21,542 nucleotides of DNA from Candidatus Babeliales bacterium (GTDB taxonomy: Bacteria > Babelota > Babeliae > Babelales > JANWKD01), in contig CAVRJM010000003.1 in the NCBI GenBank assembly GCA_963722075.1, positions 1-21,542 of the forward strand, given 5' to 3'. The notes under the pieces were generated by a model. That model saw nothing but the letters and a program-made list of their open reading frames with translations, was not told where the DNA came from and ran no database searches. The translations under genes were made by a program, and so were the position numbers. This document shows, in pieces, positions 1 to 8,753 of this stretch (its first letter is position 1; each line of letters opens with the position of its first letter).

Positions 1-573
1 AGGAAGAAAAAAACAATTGAAAAAATGATAAAGAAATACGAAAGTCGCCGGAAAGGTGAAAAAGTTGAACAGTTACAAAAAGATATGATCAATATAAATC
101 AACAAATACAAGAGTATCAAACAAATATTGAACAGGCCAGGGAGTCTTTTCCTGATATTGCCTCTTCATGTTTAAGAAAATTAATTGATACTTATCAAAT
201 AATGATTCTTATAAAAAATAATATAGAAAGCATTGATAATTATTTAAAAGATATTTATCAAAAGAGCGATAAATATATTGGAATGAGCGTTAACATTAAT
301 GCATTAGAAAAAATATTCAATCATTTGGATTTGTTGATTAATAATTTGAAAACGGAAATTTCTATATTATCGATTCAAACGAAAGAGCATGAATCACTTA
401 CCCAGGAATTTATTCCATTTGTTCAATCGGAGTACCATAAACAAATGGCAATATTGGAAAATACTATTAATCATTATAAAAAAGAATCAAAAAATGTATC
501 AATTAAAAAAGGCTTAACTTTGAAAAAGTACTTAAAAAGTGCCATAAAAAAATTAAGCCATACTAATCTATAA
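1..573 (+). CDS. Hypothetical helical/coiled-coil protein, probably 5'-truncated by the window edge
   Basis: The frame is open from base 1 through ATG 25 to TAA 573. The sequence is K/E/Q/I-rich and heptad-like, with no recognisable motif. Confidence 0.6.
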   Translation, partial: RKKKTIEKMIKKYESRRKGEKVEQLQKDMININQQIQEYQTNIEQARESFPDIASSCLRKLIDTYQIMILIKNNIESIDNYLKDIYQKSDKYIGMSVNINALEKIFNHLDLLINNLKTEISILSIQTKEHESLTQEFIPFVQSEYHKQMAILENTINHYKKESKNVSIKKGLTLKKYLKSAIKKLSHTNL

Positions 574-613
574 TCACAAATCTTCAATCAAAGTTAATAT
601 ATTTTATTTCCAT

Positions 614-641
614 TTGACAATATTATATAAGGCTATATAAT
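614..641 (+). promoter_or_regulatory. Sigma70-type promoter for the toxin locus
   Basis: TTGACA (614-619), 16 nt spacer, TATAAT (636-641). GGAG at 676-679 precedes ATG 686. Confidence 0.7.
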
Positions 642-673
642 TAGTTTTAGAAAGGTTATTAATAGTATTTTAA

Positions 674-3600
674 ATGGAGTTTAGAATGGATGGTTATCAA
701 AAAAGGTTTTTCTCTGCCAATAAGCTGTTTTTATCATTTTTTTCTGTTTTCTATATGGCCACAACATTTGGTATGCAAGTGCCCGGTTATCCTTGGCCAA
801 TTTTTCCTTTGTTTCCCGAGCAAGATGCGCATTATGAAATAAAAAGTAAAAAAGGGGTAATGTCCCTTAGGGTAAATAATAGTAGTAGATCGGAAAAAAT
901 ACCCTATTTTGAAAAGCGAAATTTTACCCAAATGGAACAACTAGCTTTGCAATTGGCACAAAGTGATATTGATCAACAAAAAGAACCAGCGCAACGTTTT
1001 ACTGTTCAAGGTTCTGCTTATGTACAGTACCTACAACAACGTAATCACATTCTTACCACTATTTTTAACGTTTTACACAAATCTATTGATGCTCAATTAG
1101 TATTACCGACCTTACAGTATGATATAAAAAATCAACCAACTATCTCTTCTCAACTGAATGATATTTTTAATAAATCGTTACGAGAATTATGTGATACAAG
1201 TTTTGCTCAAGATGGCCAATTAAAAGTTCTTACTCAAAAAGATTATGAAAAAATAGCCTATACGCTTGGTGTTTATTTATTACAGTTTTTACCCGATCAA
1301 GAATGTTTAAAAATTGTTAGACAAGCGGAGCAAGCGGGTATTAAAGGATTTAAAGAATTTCGTGAATTTTTAGAAAGCTGGTCTTTGAGCTTAAAATTAA
1401 CGCAAGAAGCCATAAAAGATGTATGGAAAAAAGGAGTTAATTTTTTTACTGATTCTGATGCAAAGCATCAACAAGCAATTATTGATAATCAATTTAATAC
1501 AGATCTAAACAAAATAAGAAACTTATATCAAGAATCTCAGTTTGAAGAAGCTCATGAAATTATTGATGAGTATAGAGAACGCTTTAGAAAAAAGAGAAGA
1601 GCAAATACGATAACTGATGCAGAACGAGAACAAGAACTTTTACTAGCCCGATATCGCCGCCAACTTATTAAACATTCACAACCAATGCAACGGTTACAAG
1701 CTATTAAAGATTCCTCAAATTCCGATGTAGTACAACAGGTAAGTATTCAGGTAGAAAACCAACTAATCAGACATAAAACAGAATCTGACGTTACGCAGCA
1801 ATTAGTTTCCTCATTATATGATATTCCTGCAAATTCACTCCAATCAGATGAAAATAAAGAATTTAAAGCAGCATACGATTTATTTTTTAATAAAAAGGGA
1901 TTACCAACGCTCTTTAATTACAATGATCAAGCATTAGCACATGCCACTATTCCTGCAGAGCTACAGAATGTTGGGCATGCTAAAGAACGAATGCTTCTTT
2001 TTAAATTGGCTTCAATTAAAAGTACTGATGCACAATTTAATAAGTTTTTAGGATCACTCATATCGCAATTATCAGCGGGAATGGCAGATACTACTAATGG
2101 ACATATTTATCGGGTTATTACGCAAGCTTGTTACAATGCACTGGTGAATGATAAAGTAAGTCAAACGATTTTAGATTGCCCTTCTTTTTTTCAAACTCCC
2201 TCATCTGCCCAAATGAGAAAGCTCTATGATAAAACATTGGATCATGTTAAAACAATCTTAACTTCAATTGAACAAGGGTCAGTTGAACAACAAGTTTGTT
2301 TAGAGGAAGCGCTAGAAGCATTACATCGTACCTGGCAACGAGCAATTAAGGGTGATAAAAAAGCACAAGAATATCTTAATAATGATTTTTTATCAGCAAC
2401 ATCATTTTTAACTGAAGAAGCAGTTATGATGGATTCTTTATCAACCGATTCTTATTTAGAATCTACTGTGTGGAGCGAAGAGTTAAATAAGCAGCAGGTT
2501 GATCTTTTAATAACTAATAATCATAGCCCAATCAATTATGAGCAATTTGAGAAATATAAAAATTTAATAAATATACTTAAATCCAGCGAAAAAACCCCTC
2601 ATTTAGATTTTATTGAGCAATTAATTGATGATGGTGACGAAAACACCCGCGCTATTAAATCTTTCTGTGCGGATGCGCTTGAGCAATGGTCTGATGCCCA
2701 AACAACTGCAGCACGTGAATTGGCTGCCACAGCATTCTTATATGGCGAAATTGCCTATAACCATGCCCAACAGAATGATAATACGATTGTATCGCAATAT
2801 ATTGAACTAGGAAGAGAACTTTTAAAGTATGCCCAAGCAGCAGGTAATGTAGTTCATAGAAAAGCAAAAAATATTTACGAACAGTTTAATAATGCGCTTA
2901 TATACTCAGACCATTTCCTTTCATTTGCAGCAAAGTCATTGGCACATAGTACGCACTTATTGATTGATGGTGTTAATAGATTTAATTCCATCGTAACCGC
3001 AGGAAATTTTAGACTGCCATGGGAGCAATTAACCATGGAAGAAATAATACGGACAGAACCTGAATTCCGCATGCAAAAGATGCAGGAGTTACTGGACGAT
3101 GGCGTTGATTTAAGCGAGCTCTATAGCCCAGAAATGATGTCCGCTATTTGTTTTATGGCGAGTATTGCTTGCAAAAATATGCCGCTTTTTCAAATAGCTA
3201 ATAAAGGATTGACACTCGTTGCATTGGCTGGCATTTCCATGCATTTTGGCACTTTCTTTAAATTGACAGGGCCACAGATGTTGGAAGTATTACTTGATGG
3301 TGCAATTGACATGGTATTGCATAATAAATTTTTTGGAGCAGCTGCCAATAAATTTGATCAATTAAGAAAAAGATCTGATGAATTTGGTAAACTAATGAGA
3401 GCTGCTCAAAAAGCCGGGAAAACAGATGTTGTTAACTACTGTAAGCAAGAAATAGCAAAAATTAATAAAGCTGGTGAAGTTCTAAAAAAGGCTGGCGAGC
3501 ATCTTGTCTCAAATATGGTGGAATCCCATGGCCAACCGCCTACTGGTAATACAAATAAAACACCATGGCCCAACACCCCATGTCATACTATCGTAAATGA

Positions 3601-4255
3601 ATTTTTAAAACACCGAGATTTGTTAGAGAAAAAATATGGCGCGCAGACGGTTAAAGAAGCAATTGATTATTTTAATCTTGATGATGCGCAGAAAATAACA
3701 ACACTTACTAAAAGAAATATAGCTGCTGGAGCAAAAGAAACAGTAGTTCAACAGATAGAACATATGGTACAAGATATTATAGATCTTGATAAAGATCAAC
3801 GTTGGAAACCATTACGATTTGATATAGGAAAAGGAAAGTGTGACGCGAATTCTTTAGAAGAAGTATTAATAGCACGAAAAGCCGAACAAAATGGATTGTT
3901 GCCAAAAATAAAATGTAGAGATACTCGGGCAAATGCTGGTGATTTCATTGATGTTAATGGGCAATCGTGGGATGTTAAAGGGATGAGATCATACTCTTCC
4001 CCCACCCAAGAATATATCTTTAATAAAAATGAAGCAAGAAAATTTGTTAATTCTATTAATAATGAATTAGCAAAACCTACTAATGAAAATATTATTTTAA
4101 ATGTTTCTCATTTAACTCAACAAGATGCAAAGTATCTATTTGAAACTATTAAAAATAAGGTTCCAAGCAATCATTTAAAAAGAATAATAGTTGTTGATAG
4201 ATTTACTGAAATGTATAATTCATGTAATTTTAGTCAGTTTTTAAACGAAATATAA
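674..4255 (+). CDS. Large secreted polymorphic-toxin-like protein with a C-terminal PD-(D/E)xK (CdiA-CT-like) nuclease domain; start may be ATG 686
   Basis: Signal-like N-terminus (KRFF..LFLSFFSVFYMATTFG/MQ), long helical body, hydrophobic segment around 3134-3345. The C-terminal EE..RA.AGDFID..GQSWDVK motif fits E..D..DxK. It is followed by a small gene and by repeated copies of its 3' end. Confidence 0.75.
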   Translation: MEFRMDGYQKRFFSANKLFLSFFSVFYMATTFGMQVPGYPWPIFPLFPEQDAHYEIKSKKGVMSLRVNNSSRSEKIPYFEKRNFTQMEQLALQLAQSDIDQQKEPAQRFTVQGSAYVQYLQQRNHILTTIFNVLHKSIDAQLVLPTLQYDIKNQPTISSQLNDIFNKSLRELCDTSFAQDGQLKVLTQKDYEKIAYTLGVYLLQFLPDQECLKIVRQAEQAGIKGFKEFREFLESWSLSLKLTQEAIKDVWKKGVNFFTDSDAKHQQAIIDNQFNTDLNKIRNLYQESQFEEAHEIIDEYRERFRKKRRANTITDAEREQELLLARYRRQLIKHSQPMQRLQAIKDSSNSDVVQQVSIQVENQLIRHKTESDVTQQLVSSLYDIPANSLQSDENKEFKAAYDLFFNKKGLPTLFNYNDQALAHATIPAELQNVGHAKERMLLFKLASIKSTDAQFNKFLGSLISQLSAGMADTTNGHIYRVITQACYNALVNDKVSQTILDCPSFFQTPSSAQMRKLYDKTLDHVKTILTSIEQGSVEQQVCLEEALEALHRTWQRAIKGDKKAQEYLNNDFLSATSFLTEEAVMMDSLSTDSYLESTVWSEELNKQQVDLLITNNHSPINYEQFEKYKNLINILKSSEKTPHLDFIEQLIDDGDENTRAIKSFCADALEQWSDAQTTAARELAATAFLYGEIAYNHAQQNDNTIVSQYIELGRELLKYAQAAGNVVHRKAKNIYEQFNNALIYSDHFLSFAAKSLAHSTHLLIDGVNRFNSIVTAGNFRLPWEQLTMEEIIRTEPEFRMQKMQELLDDGVDLSELYSPEMMSAICFMASIACKNMPLFQIANKGLTLVALAGISMHFGTFFKLTGPQMLEVLLDGAIDMVLHNKFFGAAANKFDQLRKRSDEFGKLMRAAQKAGKTDVVNYCKQEIAKINKAGEVLKKAGEHLVSNMVESHGQPPTGNTNKTPWPNTPCHTIVNEFLKHRDLLEKKYGAQTVKEAIDYFNLDDAQKITTLTKRNIAAGAKETVVQQIEHMVQDIIDLDKDQRWKPLRFDIGKGKCDANSLEEVLIARKAEQNGLLPKIKCRDTRANAGDFIDVNGQSWDVKGMRSYSSPTQEYIFNKNEARKFVNSINNELAKPTNENIILNVSHLTQQDAKYLFETIKNKVPSNHLKRIIVVDRFTEMYNSCNFSQFLNEI
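3363..3823 (+). repeat. Direct repeat copy 1 (pre-toxin region inside the toxin gene)
   Basis: Near-identical to 4698-5156 (offset 1335, then 1333 after a 2-nt deletion). Its 5' part is also similar to 6024-6321. Confidence 0.95.
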
Positions 4256-4273
4256 ATAAGAAGATTAAAAAAA

Positions 4274-4633
4274 ATGGGAATGATGATTTTCTTTAATGAT
4301 AAAGTAATTTTAGATACTTCGGGGGGGATAGTTTCAAGTTTATATGACTCCGTAGAAAAAATTATATACGAAGAGAAATTATATCTTAAGGATTATTTTA
4401 ATGAGGATATAGTGAAAATGCTTGAACATTGGTTTCTCAGTAGTGGTAGTAATCCATTTGATATAGCAGATTATATACATACTAAAAAGGATTTAATTAC
4501 ATTTACCAACCTCGTTAGAAAAGGCATTAATAGATTTTATAAGGACTTTCCCAATATTTCACAATATACTATTGATAGTTTAGAGAATTTTCACAAAGAA
4601 CTTGTTGAAGCTCAAAAAACATTTCCTAAATAA
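4274..4633 (+). CDS. Putative immunity protein 1
   Basis: 119 aa, starts 18 nt after the toxin stop. Paralog of 5600..5950 (shared FD.ADYIHTKKDLITFTNLV..G...EAQKTFPK). Confidence 0.75.
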   Translation: MGMMIFFNDKVILDTSGGIVSSLYDSVEKIIYEEKLYLKDYFNEDIVKMLEHWFLSSGSNPFDIADYIHTKKDLITFTNLVRKGINRFYKDFPNISQYTIDSLENFHKELVEAQKTFPK

Positions 4634-4697
4634 TCAAACTTTCATCTTAAAACAATGCATCATAGAGAGAAAAATCGCTTTAGGCGATAAAATCATC

Positions 4698-5156
4698 TAA
4701 GAAAAACATCCGATGAATTTGCTAAACTAATGAGCTGCTCAAAAAGCCGGGAAAACAGATGTTGTTAACTACTGTAAGCAAGAAATAGCAAAAATTAATA
4801 AAGCTGGTGAAGTTCTAAAAAAGGCTGGCGAGCATCTTGTCTCAAATATGGTGGAATCCCATGGCCAACCGCCTACTGGTAATACAAATAAAACACCATG
4901 GCCCAACACCCCATGACATACTATCGTAAATGAATTTTTAAAACACCGAGATTTGTTAGAGAAAAAATATGGCACACAGGCAGTTAAAGAAATTATAAAT
5001 ATTTGTAATCTTGATGATGCGCAGAAAATAACAACACTTACTAAAAGAAATATAGCTGCTGCAGCAAAAGAAACAGTAGTTCAACAGATAGAACATATGG
5101 TACAAGATATTATAGATCTTGATAAAGATCAACGTTGGAAACCATTACGATTTGAT
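4698..5156 (+). repeat. Direct repeat copy 2
   Basis: Copy of 3363-3823 with ATGAGAGCT->ATGAGCT (2-nt deletion near 4733), TGT->TGA at 4914-4916, and a short divergent patch (TQAVKEIINIC vs AQTVKEAIDYF). Confidence 0.95.
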
Positions 5157-5591
5157 GCAGGAAAAAATGGAAAATGTGATTTAGGTTCAATAGAGGAAGC
5201 ACTAGTTGCCCGAATAGCTGAACTAAAGGGATTAATACCAACAATAAGATGTAGAGATCCTCGGGCTAATGCAGGCGATTTCATTGATATTAAGGGGCAG
5301 TCATGGGACGTGAAATCACCTAGATCATATGCGCCATTAACAAATGAATATATATTTGATAAAACTTTCAAAGGGTTCATGGATAAATTTAAAAATGATT
5401 TATTAAAAAAACCTCAAGAAAATATTATACTTAATGTATCTTATTTAACAAATCAAGACATGATACGTTTATGCAATAAATTAAATGGTAAATTATCTCA
5501 ATCAGATTTACAACGAATTATTGTAATTGATCGATTTACTCCACTTAATAACGAAATGGACTTTGCTAAGTTCTTATTACAATTTAAATAA
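4698..5591 (+). pseudogene. Orphan toxin C-terminal cassette (silent, but the nuclease-like domain is intact)
   Basis: No N-terminal body or signal peptide. There is a frameshift and a stop in the repeat part, then an open frame 4917-5591 encoding a diverged paralogous tip that keeps RANAGDFID..GQSWDVK and ENIILNVS. Confidence 0.8.
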
Positions 5592-5599
5592 GGTTTTGT

Positions 5600-5950
5600 A
5601 TGGGAAAAATTGCAGTTTATTTTAAAGATAAAATGTTAATGGATGTCAGATCATGGGTTCTTTCTGATTTATGTTACTCTATAGAGAAAATTATAAAAGA
5701 ACAAAATTTAGAACTTACCGAAGACGTATTCGAATTAATTGATTTTTGGTCTATTACTTTTGGTCTTGTAACATTTGATGTAGCAGATTATATCCACACG
5801 AAAAAAGATTTAATTACGTTTACAAATCTTGTTAAAAAAGGCATTGATAGGTTTTATCAAGAAAATCCTGACCTTTCCCAATACAACATTGATAATTTAG
5901 AGAATTTTTACAAAGAACTAATTGAAGCACAGAAGACATTTCCTAAATAA
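5600..5950 (+). CDS. Putative immunity protein 2 (cognate to the orphan tip)
   Basis: 116 aa, AAGG RBS-like site overlapping the orphan stop, paralog of 4274..4633. Confidence 0.75.
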   Translation: MGKIAVYFKDKMLMDVRSWVLSDLCYSIEKIIKEQNLELTEDVFELIDFWSITFGLVTFDVADYIHTKKDLITFTNLVKKGIDRFYQENPDLSQYNIDNLENFYKELIEAQKTFPK

Positions 5951-6023
5951 TCAAATCTTTTCTTTCAGCTTTAAAAAACCGTTTCATAGCATATGAAAAA
6001 TCGCTTTATGCGACGAAAATCAT

Positions 6024-6368
6024 TTAAGAAAAAGATCTGATGAATTTGCTAAACTAATGAGAGCTGCTCAAAAAGCCGGGAAAACAGATGTTGTTAATTA
6101 TTGTAAACAAGAAATAGCAAAAATAAATAAAGCAGCTAAAGATCTACAAAAAGTTGGCGAGCATCTTGTCTCAAATATAATAGAATCCCATGGCCAACCA
6201 CCTAAAGTACAATGGCCAAAAACGCCATGCCCTACTATCGTGAATGAGTTTTTAAAGCACCGAGATTTGTTAGAGAAAAAATATGGCGCGCAGACAGTTA
6301 AAGAAGCAATTGATTATTTTATATTTAAAAATCTGTACGCTTTTTTAAAAAGTTACGGTGTATCGTAA
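6024..6368 (+). pseudogene. Third, truncated repeat/cassette remnant (ORF 6057..6368) lacking a toxin domain
   Basis: 6024-6321 is homologous to 3362-3674 (MRAAQKAGKTDVVNYCKQEI...KEAIDYF). Homology then stops abruptly and the ORF runs into the convergent gene. Confidence 0.8.
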
Positions 6369-6571
6369 GCAATATAGCCATTATTGCAATGAGGACATTC
6401 GATATACAATTTTTTTCTACTCACCGGGAAAATTGGAACTAAAAATAAAGTCGCCCATTGCTGTATAGAATACAATAGTAATCCTTGATGATTACATATT
6501 GAGCAGTGGCGATCTTCAAGCGCTTTTTTAAAGATCTTGCGTTGCTTTGATCCAACGATAATAATAAACAT
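6353..6571 (-). CDS. Small zinc-ribbon protein (zinc_ribbon_15-like)
   Basis: MFIIIVG..CSIC..W.TLFLVPIFP..CPHC pattern with two CxxC pairs. Confidence 0.75.
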   Translation of the reverse strand: MFIIIVGSKQRKIFKKALEDRHCSICNHQGLLLYSIQQWATLFLVPIFPVSRKKLYIECPHCNNGYIAYDTP

Positions 6572-6585
6572 TGCTTAGAATTTTT

Positions 6586-7215
6586 TTAACGATTTTTTTG
6601 CTGCATTAAAAATTCGTATACAATTTGGCTCCAGCTTTCCATATCATTAAAATGGAACGAGCATTCATCTAATGAAACGAGTTGCCCGCTTTTAAGCTCA
6701 GATTTTATAGAAATGTCTGAAGTGGTTCCTTGTAATAAAAATATAAAGCCAACATGCACCTGACCTACTGCATTAGAATCATCATTTAAAATACCGAGCG
6801 GGGTGATAGTAAAATTATCTTTATAATTAACTTCTTCATGAAATTCTCGTTGTGCCCATGAAAAAATAGAATTATCAGTTAAATCTTCTTGGCGTATATG
6901 GCCGCCAATACCCAATGAATATTTGTTTCTTAAGCGGCTTTCAGTTTGCTGGTTAGTTCGTTGCATTAAAAAGTAACGATCATCATGAGAAAAAACTAAA
7001 TAAGGAATAATTTGTTTGTAATTAGTATCCGTTTCCATTGTTGGGCGCGGTAAGAACTCTTTTTTTTCTTGAATTAACGTTAAGTACGCATCAAAATCAA
7101 CTTGTTTAAGGCCAGTCCATGCTGATTCATGCTTAAAAAATTCAGTTCTACTAACTACTAAAATTGATTCATCATGCTCTTTGTGTAGTATGGGAGCTTG
7201 TTTTTGTATTTGCAT
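6586..7215 (-). CDS. NUDIX-family predicted phosphoesterase (YmaB/COG4112-like)
   Basis: E.D..YKQIIPY, ESRL..KYSLGIGGHI, REFHEE Nudix helix, GILNDD...VG.VH.G, ESWS. Confidence 0.85.
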   Translation of the reverse strand: MQIQKQAPILHKEHDESILVVSRTEFFKHESAWTGLKQVDFDAYLTLIQEKKEFLPRPTMETDTNYKQIIPYLVFSHDDRYFLMQRTNQQTESRLRNKYSLGIGGHIRQEDLTDNSIFSWAQREFHEEVNYKDNFTITPLGILNDDSNAVGQVHVGFIFLLQGTTSDISIKSELKSGQLVSLDECSFHFNDMESWSQIVYEFLMQQKNR

Positions 7216-7303
7216 TGCCTTTATCCTTATAATTCTATAGTAGGTTTTTTATAAGTCTGCTTTTTTTATAAATAAAGTGCAACGGCATTTAGGAGGGGGT
7301 GGT

Positions 7304-7684
7304 TTATAGAAGGCCCTCATTTTCCATTTTTTTGCGCAACTCTTCTGCGCTGATGGTTTGTGTATCGCGCTTTTGAGGCTTTTCTTGCCGATTAAGAGAT
7401 TCTTGTTGGCATACACCGGCACAGGGGAAATCTTTTTGGCTCCATTCCGCCATTCCCCCTTCATAAGCCCATACGGAAGTAAATCCTAAGGCATTAAAAA
7501 TGCGCCATGCTTTTTGGCTAATAGGACAACTATATGAAGCGCAATAAACAACAATAGGTGTTTTTTTATCTAAAGTATGTGCATAAGCTTCCAACTTATC
7601 AAGTGGAACACTAATTGATCCTACAATATGGCAATCATCGTAATAATTTTTTGGTAATGCATTAATAACAAGTAATTTAGCCAT
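7304..7684 (-). CDS. Rhodanese-like domain protein
   Basis: HIVGSISVP, IVVYCASYSC active-site loop, GF..V.AYEGGMAEW. AAGGAG RBS upstream. Confidence 0.85.
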   Translation of the reverse strand: MAKLLVINALPKNYYDDCHIVGSISVPLDKLEAYAHTLDKKTPIVVYCASYSCPISQKAWRIFNALGFTSVWAYEGGMAEWSQKDFPCAGVCQQESLNRQEKPQKRDTQTISAEELRKKMENEGLL

Positions 7685-7934
7685 TTTTTCTCCTTTTTAA
7701 CCATTATTATTTAGGGATAACATGAACGGGTAAAAAAAGTATACAGTTAAGCACTTTGAAATAATGAACAGGCCATAGATTTTTTAATTATAATTTTATT
7801 AAATTAAAGAAATGAAAACATTACAGTAGAGGAGGGCTTATTATGAAGATGGTATTAAAGTATATATATAATAAAATATATCTGTATAAGCTTTATTCTA
7901 AAACAATGTTTTACCCATTATTAAAACGCAAAAA

Positions 7935-8753
7935 TTAATATTTATTATTGAGAGCTTCTTGCAATAAGCGTATTATGGTTTGGTTATTGCTCTCGCGTGA
8001 GATTTGTAAAAGAATTTTTAATTCATCGGGTGAGCTGAATGGTTTGGTATGTTGCATAGTAAGAAGAAAAGTAACTGTTGTTTGGTTCCCCACACAGATT
8101 GCAGTTGCTAATGGAGTGAAATTATAATTTTTTTCACAGGCAGTAAGAGAAGCTCCATGCGCTATTAACTCTTGAATAATTTTGATACCTTCAGTGTCTT
8201 CGTGTTCATTAATACTGCGCAGCATGCAGGCATAATGTAATGGAGTCATTAAATATTTTGTAGCTGCATTTACTCGTAAACCTAATCTGATAAATTCGCG
8301 CACTGCTGCTATCTGGCGATGTATAACGGCAAGATGCAGTGGTGTTTGACCCAATTTATTACGGGGCTCAAGATATGCTTCTTCATAAAGAAGCTTTTGT
8401 ATAACGACTACATTCCCTATTCGCGCTGCTTTATGAAGGGGAGTTTCATTAAACGAACTGTTTTTAAAATTTACATTACTTCCTTTTTTTATTAGGAAAT
8501 CAATTGCTTCAATTTTTTCCAAATGAACGGCTTTTTCTAGAGGAGTTCCTTGAGTTGACTCATAATTTAAACTAGCACCTTTAGAAAGTGCAGTTTTCAT
8601 CATTGTTATGCATGTTGTATCGTCAGCGATATCTAATGCATCAAAAAATTCTTGTGTTGCAGAATCCATTGAAAAGAGCGTTGGTATAATTGATATACAG
8701 ATTGTTAATAAATAAATGAAAGTAGATAATTTATGATTTATTGATTGCATCAT
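7935..8753 (-). CDS. Secreted ankyrin-repeat protein
   Basis: Signal-like N-terminus ending TLFS/MD. Repeats include GTPLEKAV, ETPLHKAA, QTPLHLAV, MTPLHYAC and FTPLATAI. Confidence 0.9.
   Translation of the reverse strand: MMQSINHKLSTFIYLLTICISIIPTLFSMDSATQEFFDALDIADDTTCITMMKTALSKGASLNYESTQGTPLEKAVHLEKIEAIDFLIKKGSNVNFKNSSFNETPLHKAARIGNVVVIQKLLYEEAYLEPRNKLGQTPLHLAVIHRQIAAVREFIRLGLRVNAATKYLMTPLHYACMLRSINEHEDTEGIKIIQELIAHGASLTACEKNYNFTPLATAICVGNQTTVTFLLTMQHTKPFSSPDELKILLQISRESNNQTIIRLLQEALNNKY

Noticed and set aside
4953..5591. Orphan tip as an independently expressed 212-aa gene
   Set aside because: The TTG start is an internal Leu codon of the repeat with no convincing RBS, and the upstream frame is broken.
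3363..6321. Repeats as a DGR template/variable pair or a CRISPR array
   Set aside because: The differences are not adenine-specific, no reverse transcriptase or cas gene is present, and the units are hundreds of bp of coding sequence.
7685..7934. A third leader module upstream of the rhodanese gene
   Set aside because: The minus strand has a pyrimidine-rich patch and an AGTGC, but no RBS-ATG ORF of comparable length and no TTGACA promoter.
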